Source: Octopus vulgaris (taxonomy: Eukaryota). From it: a stretch of DNA of 64,000 nt. Below are positions 12,346 to 25,047 of the stretch, piece by piece. Made by a program: the position numbers and the translations under genes. The notes beneath the pieces are model-generated. The model was not told the DNA's origin. It saw nothing but the letters and a program-made list of their open reading frames with translations, and did no database searches. Every line of letters begins with the position of its first letter. Positions within the stretch are counted from its first letter, which is position 1. The stretch covers positions 52,824,001-52,888,000 of the forward strand of contig OX597817.1 of the NCBI GenBank assembly GCA_951406725.2. The letters are read 5' to 3'.

Positions 12346-13298
12346 AAAATGTTACAATTAAAATTGAGGGAGGTGGGTTAGATGTAGGAAAGGTGAGCGA
12401 TATGAAATGTCACTGTCGTTGTTCTATTACTGATGACTGAGCAGACATGCGACCTCAGTCATTCCAACCATGACCGTCACCAATTCCATTCAGAGATGAT
12501 GTATATTACAGTACCTAATGTATCCTTACATTTTTCTAAGACAGTAGGCATGGTTTGAGAAAGATTTAGCAGCTATTTCTAGCAAACAGAGCAGTCATGT
12601 ATGACTTCCTAAGCTGGTTTATGAAAGTTTATGAAGAAAAAGAACATATGACAGGTGTGCAAGGAGAAATTAAAGAAAAGGTGAGAAGGAATGTGTGTGT
12701 GTGTGTGTGTGAATATAAATATTTGTATATACCATTATCATCATCGTCGTCATCATGTGTACATGTATATATGCCAGCATGGAATGCGGATGCTAAACAA
12801 TGATGATGATACACACACACACACGTGTGTATATATCATCATCATATACATATATAATAATGATGACGATGATATACATAAATACATACTCTTTTTTTTT
12901 ACTCTTTTACTTGTTTCAGTCATTTGACTGCGGCCATGCTGGAGCACCGCCTTTAGTCGATCAAATCGACCCCAGGACTTATTTTTGTAAGCCCAGTACT
13001 TATTCTATCGGTCTCTTTTGAAGAACCGCTAAGTGACGGGGACATAAACATACCAGCATCAGTTGTCAAGCAATGCTAGGGGGACAAACACAGACACACA
13101 AACACACATATATATATATATATATATACATATATACGACAGGCTTCTTTCAGTTTCCGTCTACCAAATCCACTCACAAGGCATTGGTCAGCCCGGGGCT
13201 ATAGCAGAAGACACTTGCCCAAGATGCCACGCAGTGGGACTGAACCCGCAACCATGTGGTTGGTTAGCAAGCTACTTACCACACGCATACATATATAC

Positions 13299-13351
<53 letters not shown>

Positions 13352-13508
13352 TACACACACATATATTTATATGTATATACTCTTTTGCTCTTTTACTTGT
13401 TTCAGTCATTTGACTGTGGCCATGCTAGAGCAACACCAACACCACTACTATCACCACGACCACCACCATCACCACAACCACGACTGCCATCACCACCATC
13501 ATTATATA

Positions 13509-13612
<104 letters not shown>

Positions 13613-13862
13613 TATATATATATTTAATGTAGGATAAATTTTTTTTTTTCGAAAAAAATTTTATTGATGGCCAGCATATTAAAAAATACCTTTAAAGGTT
13701 AAATTTATAAACAACTTATAAATAAGGGCAAACGAAAAAATTGAATGGGCCGGAGAATTTCTATTTTGGATGTATTTGGGATACTTAATTGTGCTCATGA
13801 CTTAGTGTTTGCTTCTTCCATGGGTATGAGTAACTATCTCATTTATTTCTTTGCCACATTTA

Positions 13863-13913
13863 TCACCGACGAAGGGAGGGTTCTTATGAACTAACCCTGA
13901 AGTCGGTCCAATA
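13863..13913 (+). ncRNA. Degenerate minimal hammerhead-like motif in a Penelope-like fragment
   Basis: CCGACGA-AGGG...CCCT-GAAG-TCGG-TC has the hammerhead layout, with substitutions in both core boxes. Confidence 0.35.
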
Positions 13914-14085
13914 TGGTAATAATGGAATTTTTAAGAAATTTCTGTCGACCTTTTTCAAGTAGCATACGTATTGTGAAAAATATATGGTTATGGACAATGT
14001 GTCTAATTTCGGCATTAGAAATTTTTTCGTTTGCTCTTATTTATAAATTGTTTATATATATATATATAAATATATACATTCATAC

Positions 14086-14116
<31 letters not shown>

Positions 14117-14117
14117 C

Positions 14118-14185
<68 letters not shown>

Positions 14186-14389
14186 TAATCCCACGCCATA
14201 TCATGGTTCACCTATCACTGTTTATTATTTAAGCTTACGTCAGTTCCTCTGTGGTTGCTGAAGGACTTACATGGTTGTAAGCCCAGTACTTATTCAATCG
14301 GTCTTTTTTGCTGAACCACTAAGTTATGGGAATGTAAACACACCAGAATCGGTTGTCAAGTGATGGTGGGTGGGACAAACATGCTCACT

Positions 14390-14444
<55 letters not shown>

Positions 14445-15114
14445 ATATAATTCCAAGAGAGTTAGAGATTGTGAATCCAACCAACTAAGGGATAATATCT
14501 ATGCAATATACTGCTGGTAGAATACCCAGTTATTAATACACAAGTGTTTTTTCATTGCATGGCAATTGCACTACTGAATATAATAAATGGGCGAGGGTAA
14601 CAAGTTGTTTTACCCTTAATTTATAGAGCAATAAGAAATTGGAGGGGGTCAAGAGGTGGTAGTCATCAACTTTTAGACATTATATCATGTCTATTTATTT
14701 ATTATTTTAAAAAATCATTATAACAATATACATACATGTATAACAGATTATACTTTATATATATAATATATAAAAATATAAAAATACCAGTAATTATTAA
14801 AATATATAATGCAGAGCATAGGAAGTAGAATAGTATCTATAGATACTATAATGGTTTTTTTAAAATAAATAGACATAATATAATGTCTAAATGTTGATGA
14901 ATAACACCTTTTAATCTTCTCCATTTTCTTATTGCTATATATATATATATACAAGCTTCTTTCAGTTTCCATCTACCAAATCAACTCACAAGGCTTTGGT
15001 TGGCCCAAAGCTATAGTAGAAGACACTTGCCCAAGGTGCCACACAGTGGGATTGAACCTAGAACCATGTGGCTGTTAAGCAAGCTACTTACCACACAGCC
15101 ACTCCTGCACCTAT

Positions 15115-15171
<57 letters not shown>

Positions 15172-15663
15172 CACACACACACAGTGAGGGAAAGAGAGAG
15201 GAGACAGACAGACAGACAGACAGAGCAATAGACATAAGTAGACAGTCAGGTATTCTCTTCTAAATTTTTTCTTTTTCTTTAGTGTTCAGTCATATGAGTA
15301 AATAAATACAATCTATTGATTATCTCACACACACACATATACATACACACACCCCTATCATCTTTTAACATAGCTGTATCCGTTACCAAGGCAACCTTCA
15401 TTACACACCTGTAATATTGATGCGCCATAGACGTGCATGCTTTACTTGTTTACTGAGCACCACTACATAACTAATTACACAACATCACATGCACACACAT
15501 ACTATCCCACTCATTGTCTCTCTCACTTTCTGTCTTTCTATCTGTATATTTCTCTCTCTATGTTTTCTCTTTTCTCTACCTCCAGTATAATTTTCTCAAT
15601 CTCTCACTCCCTTTCTCTCTGTGTGTCCCTGTGTGTATGTATATATATATATATATATATATA

Positions 15664-15850
15664 TCACCGTGACCGACCAGGCTATCAGATGTTGCTACAC
15701 ATCACTGGTCACAATGCGCTTTTCATTGTTTTAGCCTTCAAATGATACCACTCTGCTGGCTAAGCGAGCAGGCCAACATAAGAAAGAGTGAGAGAAAGTT
15801 GTGGTGAAAGAGTACAGCAGGGATCACCACCACCCCCTGCCGGATCCTCG
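15664..15850 (-). mobile_element. SINE family 4, 3' part
   Basis: Matches the complete copy at 34220-34530. Confidence 0.75.
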
Positions 15851-15857
15851 TGCTACT

Positions 15858-16556
15858 TTTCATACAAGATGAAGAAGGGACAATTTCTTTATAAGGCGAT
15901 GCAGGAAAAGTGATTCAAGTTCACCAACAAACTGATCAACAAGCTGAAGCATGTGCTGGTACCAGACATGCTGTGGTTCTTTTCCAAAGAGAAGAATTTC
16001 TGCTAAAACTAGAAGATAAACTAGAGCAACAGGTGACTCACTGTCTCACCCAACGATGTGTCTAGAGTCATACAGATGAAATTTCCAGTGAGTCTTGTTT
16101 TAGGTGTCCTCAGCAGTGAAAGTGATGTCATGTCACCCCACTTTATTCCTTGAGAGTCTCAAGCTGAACTCCAATGGCTACAACCATGTTCTGAGTGATG
16201 TGGTGGAGCCCTGAATTGATTGGATAGCTGCAGGGAGTCTGTATGTGTGGCAGTAAGACTCCACACCCTGCTGCACAAGCCAGAAGACCCAGGCCTAACT
16301 GTTGGAGAATTTCTTCAATTACACAGTGCCTGATATTTGACCTCCCAACTTGCCTGACAGCAACCCTTTCAACCTCTTTGTGTGGAGCACAGGGGAACGA
16401 GAAACCAACAAATCCAACTGAAACATGAAGGAAAAGCTGTGGGCCAGGATTACCAGTGTCTTCAGGAGCTTAAAACAAGAAGTAGTGATGAAGACCTGTG
16501 GCCGGATGCAAGGTTGCCTGGAGGCTGTCAAGGCCAAAGGTGGGCTCATTGAGTGA
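15858..16556 (+). pseudogene. DD37D (maT-like) transposase remnant
   Basis: Translation through stops gives SYKMKKGQFL...LWFFSKEKNF...LGVLSSESDVMSPHF...YVWQ*DSTPC...I*PPNLPDSNPFNLFVW. There are 37 residues between the second D and the third catalytic position. Confidence 0.8.
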
Positions 16557-17069
16557 GAGTGACAGAACTTGTTATGAAGACAAACTGACCCAAATTTGAT
16601 GAATATATCTCATAAAATGAAAAGTTTCATTTTTTTCCCCCGAGACAGTCAACATGCAAATGAATACTGCTCTGTACCCTGGGTATGATGAACAGATGAA
16701 GGGTCTACAATTTCTTGAACAAACTGCACATCTACATGAATATTCGTTATTAGTGAAAGAAGCAGAATCAGTTCAGAAAAGCATTCTGTATACTCTTTAC
16801 TCATTACTCTTTTACTTGTTTCAGTCATTTGACTGCGGCCATGCTGGAGAACCAGCTTTAGTCGAGCAAATCAACCCCAGGACTTATTCTTTGTAAGCCT
16901 AGTACTTATTCTATCGGTCTCTTTTGCCGAACCGCTAAGTTACAGGGATGTAAACACACCAGCATCGGTTGGATGCAAACAGCACAGCACAGCACCCATG
17001 ACTTTTAGAAATATTTTTCTCATACTCTGATGCAGTTAAAATGGACCAAAGTCATTACAAACCAAAGAG

Positions 17070-17232
17070 GAAGGACTTATATGGTTACTAAAGGACTTAC
17101 ATAATTGCTGAAGGACTTATATGGTTGTTGAAGGACTTACATTGTTGCTGAAGGACTTACATTGTTGCTGAAGGACTTACATTGTTGCTGAAGGACTTAC
17201 ATGGTTGCTGAAGGACTTACATATTTGCTGAA
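17070..17232. repeat. 20-bp minisatellite, about 8 copies (GAAGGACTTACATTGTTGCT)
   Basis: Exact 20-nt period is directly visible. Confidence 0.95.
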
Positions 17233-17311
17233 CCTTCTAGGTAAATCTCTTTCCTCTCAAACCCTTCTTAATTAAACAAGGGATGAAAGATTAGATAATG
17301 TAAAGCTAGAT

Positions 17312-17568
17312 CAGTGGCTCCCAACCATTTTTTGCCTATCAACCCCTTTGATTGCTGTTTTATTCTACTGGACCTCCTCCATAGCTATTCGATGTATATA
17401 AAAAAAATCCTACTGTATAATCATGATTAAATGTTATTAGGAATTTAAAAAATAGAAAATTAAAATATTTTATGTATCATAGCAGTATGAACAATTCATT
17501 GAAAATGAATTTTAATAAAATCTTATATGAACCTACAAGAGTCGTTTGGACCCTGGTCATGAACCATT
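17312..17568. mobile_element. hAT-type MITE (CAGTGGYTCYCAACC termini)
   Basis: Termini CAGTGGCTCCCAACC and GGTCATGAACCATTG, with flanks AGCTAGAT and TCCTAGAT. Related copies lie at about 33511, 55490-55725 and 57960-58208. Confidence 0.6.
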
Positions 17569-18836
17569 GTCCTAGATGTCTGAAAATTGCCGAAGCATCA
17601 TTACTGGAATACTTTTAATCTGTCCAATCAAGACTGACATGGGTTAAACAACACCAACACCAACAACAGCAACAGTAGTAGCAGCAAATGAGCTAAACTC
17701 ATGAAAATAGTGTTTCATTAAGGAATAAATCAACACGAGAAGATGAAATTACTCATTTGTGACGAAATCTATTAATGAAAACCAGAAGTCGAAATAAAAT
17801 ACAGGGTATTTTATTGCGGCTTTTAAACAACCACTTATACTGGAGATAATCACCATGAGCGACAGTGAGGCCAGCGCAATGAGTTGGTCAGTCGTGTATG
17901 TGTGGGCTTGAAATAATTACTAGGAATGATGAACAGATATAGACCAGAGATTACGAGGAAATACGCTCCACTGTCCAAGTTGGACAAGTCCATTATTATT
18001 CTATTTAACTACATTTCTGAGAAGACACACAATAAAATTGCATGGTTTGAACAACGGCTTGTTGTTGTTGTTGTTGTTGCTGCTGCTGTTGTTTTTTTTT
18101 TTTTCAGACAACTCAGAAATATAGAGAAGTCAGCTCTGTCTGTCTGTCTGTCAGACTCCAGCAGGAAACTAGACTGATTGATAGCTCAATGAATTGGGCT
18201 GTCACATGTCCATAGTGGTGGTGGTGGTGGTGGCAGTATGTGTGTGTGTGTTGTGGTAGTAGTAATAATGGTGGTGGTGTCAGCAGCAGCAACAATAGTA
18301 GTAGTTGTAGTAGTAGTGGTAGTGGTTGTTGCTGTTATTGTAATCATTTATGTTGTCATTGTAGTAGTAGCTGTAGTAATGGTGGTGGTGGTGGTGGTGG
18401 TTGCAGTGGTTGTGATAGTTGTGGTGGTGGTGGTGACAGCGGTGGTTGTTGTCGTAGTGGTGGTGGTTGCAGTGGTTGTTGTCGTGGTGGTGGTAGCTGT
18501 GGTAGTTGTAACAGCTGCAGCAGTACCAGCAATATCTTTGGGTTTAAATTGATCTGAGTGTGACTCCACTGAAAGGTCCAGCTTCGGAGCATTTAAGAAA
18601 AAAAACCCAGAATTATTATAATTTCTATTTTAGATTTTCAATTAACTCATTAAATTAACCAAGTAATTGATTACATGAATAGTCTAGCTGAGACTGCCTA
18701 TGGTTTTATGATACATAACCCTCTTCCTTTTAAAATGCTTCTTTGATTCATTTAAATATTATATTATGATTTTATCTAAGAAATAGGAACCCTTTCTTGT
18801 CTTTCAAATTCAAATTGAATTATTAACAAGATTAAT

Positions 18837-19026
18837 TTATTCTGCTGTGTCTGGGGAGAGTAATTTTCTTTTTGTGCTTTATAATGTAACACACTCACCG
18901 GTAAGATTTCCCCTTATTTCTCATTTTAGGAAAATAAAAATAAGAAATAAGTGGAAATTTTACTGGTGAGTGTGTTATATTATAAGGCACAAAAAGAAAA
19001 CGACTCTCCCCAGACACAGCAGAATA
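18837..19026. repeat. Inverted repeat with arms of about 80 bp, probably inverted fragments of a retroelement terminus
   Basis: TTCTGCTGTGTCTGGGGAGAGT...CACTCACCGGTAA is mirrored by TTACTGGTGAGTG...ACTCTCCCCAGACACAGCAGAA. A single related arm lies at about 22280-22370. Confidence 0.8.
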
Positions 19027-20055
19027 TGTTTCAACACACGAACTCGTATAAAGTATCATGCAAACCACTGTGTGGCAGCCTGGGCAAGTGTCTTCTGCTA
19101 GAGCCTCGGGCCGACCAAAGCCTTGTGAGTGGCTTTGGTAGGTGGAAACTGAAAGAAGCATGTCATATATATGTATATATACATGTATGTCTGTGTATAT
19201 GTTTGTGTGTCTGTGTTTGTTCCCCCAACATCGCTTGACAACCGATGGTGGTGTGTTTGAGTCCCCGTAACTTAGCGGTTCGGCAAAAGAGACCAATAGA
19301 ATAAGTACTAAGCTTACAAAGAATAAGTCCTGGGGTCAATTTGCTCGACTAAAGGTGGTGTTCCAGAATGGCCACAGTCAAATGACTGAAACAAGTAAAA
19401 GCGTAAAAGAGAGTAATGACATACATACATAAGCACCCATGCCAGCAACACATAAAAAGCAGTCATGCTGATCCCACATGAGAAAGCATTCATGCTGGCA
19501 CCAAATAAGAGTACCTGTGCCAGTGCCACATGAAAAGAGACCATGCTTGAACCATGTAAAAAAACTCCCAGTGCACTCTGTAAGTGGTTGGTGTTAGGAA
19601 GGGCATCCAACCATAGAAACCATGTCAAAACATAACTGGAGACTGGTGCGGCTCTCTAGCCTTGTCAGCTCCTGTCAAAGAGCCCAACCCATGCCAGCAT
19701 GGAAAAAAGCTGATCATCTAGCATGGAAAACGGACGCTAAATGATGATGATGATGATGATCTAGAGGATCTGTTGATTCACCAGATAAATTACAGGACTC
19801 AATACAAGTGTATAGTATTCGTTAATACATTATAGTGAAAAGGCTCCATTTTCTAGTGCTCAGGGTATCTTATTGCTGAGCCTGGTTTTCTTTTGAAATG
19901 CTCTCACTGTTTAAATATTTTCTGAAATATGAAATGCAGTTTGAAGAAAACACATATTTTTTTATCACCCCCAAACACACACACACATACATATATGTAT
20001 ATATATATATATATACATACACACACACACACACGCACATATATATATGTATACA

Positions 20056-20188
20056 CACAATATAAAATAGTGTACATTTAAACATAAGAGAAAACTACCT
20101 ATGTTTTGACTGCTTCTTCTAGCATGTAAAAATTACCTGTTAAAGGTAGATTTCTCTTGTGTTTAAATGTACACTATCTTATATTGTG
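20056..20188. repeat. Foldback hairpin with arms of about 45 bp
   Basis: CACAATATAAAATAGTGTACATTTAAACATAAGAGAAA is mirrored by TTTCTCTTGTGTTTAAATGTACACTATCTTATATTGTG. Confidence 0.8.
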
Positions 20189-20257
20189 AATATGTTGTCT
20201 ATTGACTATTTATACTACATGCTAGGCCACTGGTGGTGATATTTCTAAGAATATTCG

Positions 20258-20308
<51 letters not shown>

Positions 20309-20371
20309 GTATGTATTCAACTTCTGATGAAAGTAAACAAAGTTTGTTTTAGAAGCGTTGAGATGTATTGA

Positions 20372-20599
20372 AAGATACAGAAATAATTTATTCTCAAATA
20401 CATGATAATGCTAACACAATAGCATGAACAGGATAAACCTATCCATATATTGCAGAAAAATTTATTTGTCAGCAGCCAGCCATGTGCCTCAAACTCACAT
20501 CACAGACAAATTTTTCTGCAATGTATGGATAGGTTTATCCTGTTCATGCTATTGTATTAGCATTTTCCTGCATTTGAGAATAAATTATTTCTGTATCTT
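20372..20599. mobile_element. Foldback/MITE-like element with arms of about 95 bp
   Basis: AAGATACAGAAATAATTTATTCTCAAAT...TTGCAGAAAAATTT is mirrored by AAATTTTTCTGCAA...ATTTGAGAATAAATTATTTCTGTATCTT. Confidence 0.8.
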
Positions 20600-21160
20600 A
20601 TCATCATCATCATCATCATTTAACGTCCGGTTTGACTGGGGTCTAGGAAGTCAGGAGGTTGCACCAGGCTCCAGTCTGATCTGGCAGTGTTTCTACAGCT
20701 GGATGTCCTTCCTAACGCCAACCACTCTGTGAGAGTGTACTGGGTGCTTTTTATGTGCTTCCGGCACAGGGGCCAGAGGGGGCTGGCAACAACCACGATT
20801 GGTTGGTGCTTTTTACGTGCCACCAGCACAGAAGCCAATCAAGGCAGTGCTAGCATCAGCCACATTCGGATGGTGCTTTTTATGTGCCACTGACACAGGT
20901 ATCACAACTACAATTTCCATTTGATTTTGGTTTTGATGTACTTGACTCAATAGGTCTCCTCAAGCATGGCATGTCACCCTATGATCGAATGATTGAGTGG
21001 GCTGGTTATGCGACACTGGTGTAGGTTACAGCAGTGAACTCACTTTATTTGCTGGGTCCTCCCAGTCACAGCATATCTCCAGAGATCTTGGTCTTTTGTC
21101 ATTGCCTCTGTAACGCCCAACTTTTGATGGTCATGCTTCACCACCTCATCCCACATCTTA
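20600..21160 (-). mobile_element. 5'-truncated RTE-clade LINE: ORF C-terminus plus complete 3' UTR
   Basis: KMWDEVVKHDHQKLGVTEAMTKDQDLWRYAV...* is a typical RTE C-terminus. It runs directly into the 65-bp-unit array and the (GAT)n tail. Confidence 0.8.
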
Positions 21161-21196
21161 TATATATGTATGTGTGTGTGTTTGTGAGTGTGTATG

Positions 21197-21238
<42 letters not shown>

Positions 21239-21710
21239 CACACACACACATGCTTGTATTATTTTGTTTGCCTCTAATTTAATATTTTGTGCATCGACTC
21301 TAATAATAATAATAGCATTCGTTAAGGTTATTGAGTTTTTTTAAGTCACCTATAAAACCAATTGAATAAACAGAATCATGAACACACCTATAATACATAT
21401 TAGAAATAAGTGTAAATTAAAAATGCACACAAAATAAATATGTAAAGCTGATTATTTATGCCTTTTCTTGAATCTCACTGTGAAAGCATACCATGTTAAC
21501 CTGGTAATGAAACCATGAATTTACAAAATTGGCTGGTGATAGACTTTAACTTTGGACCTTGCTTTTAGGATTACCTGCAGTTCTATACTAGTCTGAAAAC
21601 AGTTTGTTAGCCGATTGTATTTGTATTAGCGAAGAGGTTGAGAAATATTTTGGCCGGATTGATAATCACTTATTAATAACTCCTTATGTATATATGTATG
21701 TATGCTTATG

Positions 21711-21742
<32 letters not shown>

Positions 21743-22369
21743 TAATCATTGTTGTCCTTGTCATTTAATGTCCGCTTTCCATGCTGTCATGAGTTGGATG
21801 GATTGACTGAGAACTGGCAAGCCAGGAGGCTGTACCAGGCTCCAATCTTATTTGACAAGGTTTCTACAGCTGGATGCCCTTTCTAATGCCAACCACTCCA
21901 AAAGTGTAGTGGGTGCTTTTATGTGTCAGTCAGGCAGTACTGCCATCAGTATATATATATTGTATATATGTATATATTTACATGTGTGTATCTGTGTGCC
22001 TGTGGTTGTCTCCACAAACGTTGCTTGACAACCAATGTTGGTGTACTTACGTCCCTGTGACTTAGCAGTTTGGCAAAAGAGAGCGAATACAATAAGTACT
22101 AGGCTTATAAAGAATAAGTACTGGGGTTGATTTCTTCAACTAAAAGACCCTTAAAGGCAGTGCTTAAGCATGGCCACAGTCAAGTGAATGAAATAAGTAA
22201 AAGAATAAAAGAATATATATATATATATATATATATTTCATTTTGGCATTTGGTTTGCAAGATTCTTTATGTGAATTTGTGTGTTGAAGCATATTTTATT
22301 GTGTCTGGGGAGAGTCATTCTTTTTTAGTGCCATATCATTTAACACACCCACCAGTTCGATTTCCACTC

Positions 22370-22415
<46 letters not shown>

Positions 22416-22928
22416 GTGTGTAGGTATATTGATATATAAGTAAACAAATAGATAGATACATAGGTAGTATGGATAGACAAGCACACACATGCACAAGCAC
22501 ATACACACATACATACACAAATGAAGACTGAAACACATGACCATATACACACATGCACACTTCACACACACACACAAAGACACACGTACATAGTCACACA
22601 AACGCATAAATATGCAGAATACATATGTACATACATACAGATGTACACACATGCATACATATATATATATATACATTCATATACATGCATACACATACAT
22701 GCATACACACACAGACATACATGCATACATACATACATATGTGTATACACATGCACACTAATGCACACACATCTGCACAAACAAAAAGAACGCAGCTCTG
22801 ATAACAGATAGAGTCAATGACTATTGAAAAGGTTGCAAGACAACAAAAATTTTAATAGAAAAATGAATAAAAATATGAATGGAAATTGAACCATTGAGTG
22901 TATTAAATAATAAATCACAATAATATAT

Positions 22929-23028
22929 NNNNNNNNNNNNNNNNNNNNNNNNNNNNNNNNNNNNNNNNNNNNNNNNNNNNNNNNNNNNNNNNNNNNNNNN
23001 NNNNNNNNNNNNNNNNNNNNNNNNNNNN
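22929..23028. other. Assembly gap (100 N)
   Basis: Run of N characters. Confidence 1.
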
Positions 23029-23442
23029 AAAGTAATGCCATTTTGTTTAGGACAAGTATAATTACCAACACAGGAACATGTATCATACATTAAAATGAAA
23101 ATGGTCCTCTGTGGATCACATCCCTACTTAGCGCCTTCAGACTATCATCTCTTTGGTGCCATGAAAGAGGGTTTGAAAGGCAAACATTATTTCAGTGACA
23201 AGGAAGTGAAAACTGCAATGAAGAAGTGGCTAAAAAAGAACAGTCAACAGAATTTTACGAGACAGGGATACACGCTCTCATTCAAAGATGGAACGTTGCT
23301 ATTGAGAGAAACGGTGACTATGTTGAGAAGTAGGGATGTGATCCACAGAGGACCAGCTTCATTTTGATGGATGATACATGTTCCTGTGTTGGTAATTATA
23401 CCTGTCCTAAACAAAATGGCATTACTTTTTAACTCACCTTCG
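23029..23442 (+). mobile_element. Internally deleted mariner with long TIRs (left end lost in the gap)
   Basis: Inverted arms of at least 70 bp (AAGTAATGCCATTTTGTTTAGGACA...), right end ...CACCTTCG|TA. The interior encodes LAPSDYHLFGAMKEGLKGKHYFSDKEVK, the mariner YSPDLAPSD region. Confidence 0.85.
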
Positions 23443-23766
23443 TATATATATATATATATATAATTAAACACACATATATATATAATTAAAAATGTGTTAT
23501 GAGTATTATAGGATATAAGTTTGGATTAAAAATTTATAAAAACTTTTAACATCTTCTCTTCTCCATTTTTGAACTGTTAGTTGGGTTTATATAGGATTTT
23601 ATTCTGTAATACTCATCACATATTTTTTATTGCCGTATTTTAAATACTTGCAATAGCATGTTACTATTTTGATATGAAGATTCTTTATTAGAAATCTAAA
23701 TTTTTTGCCCCCACCCCAAATTTAAATTGTTCTACTTGAACTAATTTTTCTCACACACACACATGT

Positions 23767-23807
<41 letters not shown>

Positions 23808-25047
23808 CACACACACCATATTTGAATGAGTTGAATTGATTTCATTATATTGATAAAAATGAAGATCATCAAGATGATGATGATGACAATGGTGCTTGTA
23901 AACGAGTAAGCCAATTAACAAAAATTTATAAATACACACGCAAACAATAAACAATATACTCATGCACACACACATACACAAATGCACATCTTGTAAGCAT
24001 ACAACAACAAATGCTGAAACAACAATACCACGACCACCATCACCAACAAGAACTACAACATCACAGATGAGATAAATCTGTAGAGAGGAGAAGAGGAATC
24101 AATAAGATCAAAGTGGATTAATAATGATAAACTGTCAGTCCACACCCGACATAACTAAAAACACGTGTGTGGAGAGATGAATGATGGTGGGGCGGGGCAT
24201 GGGGCGGTGTATACGAGTGCTTGTGAATGTGTGTTGTCTTGGGTGTGTGTGTATGCATGTGTATACACTAGGTGTAATATAGTTAAATCTTTATTTTTGT
24301 ATAGCCCCCACACACTTACCATACACACACACACACTTGAATATGTTTGTATGTGCATATATACACACACACACACATAACCACAGTTAGATACATAAAT
24401 ACATGTGTGTGTGTGTGCATGTGTGCGCAAGTACATCTATCTATCTTTCTATCTATTGGTCTGTCTGTGTGTATAGTCATATATATATATATACACTCAT
24501 TCATATATATATACGTGTGTGTGTATATATATATATATATATACATACATACATACATACATACACACATATATGTCCAACCCATGCGACAATAGAAAAT
24601 GAACCTTAAATGATGATACATACACATATGTATATATATTATACGACATCAACATAGACACAAACACACACATAATACACATACATATATATATGCATGC
24701 ATACATACCTGTATACCTACTAACACAAAAATACATACATACATACATGCATGCATGCGTACATACATACACTCATGGGTGTACATGTATGTATGAAGAA
24801 AGAGTTAATAAGTCTTAAATACTTAACATTTAATTAGCCTTTTTGCCTTGACCTACTGTTGATCACATGGGTATTGTTGATAGTGTTGTTGTTGGTGATG
24901 GCGTTGTCATTATTATTGTTGTTATTGACAGAATTATTCATGTTGTTATTGGTGCTGTTCCTGATAGTGGTGATGTTGTTGTTTATGTTTTTATTAAGAA
25001 CAGTAAGTAACAGGCTAGTTGGAACATGAGACCCAATGCCCTACACT

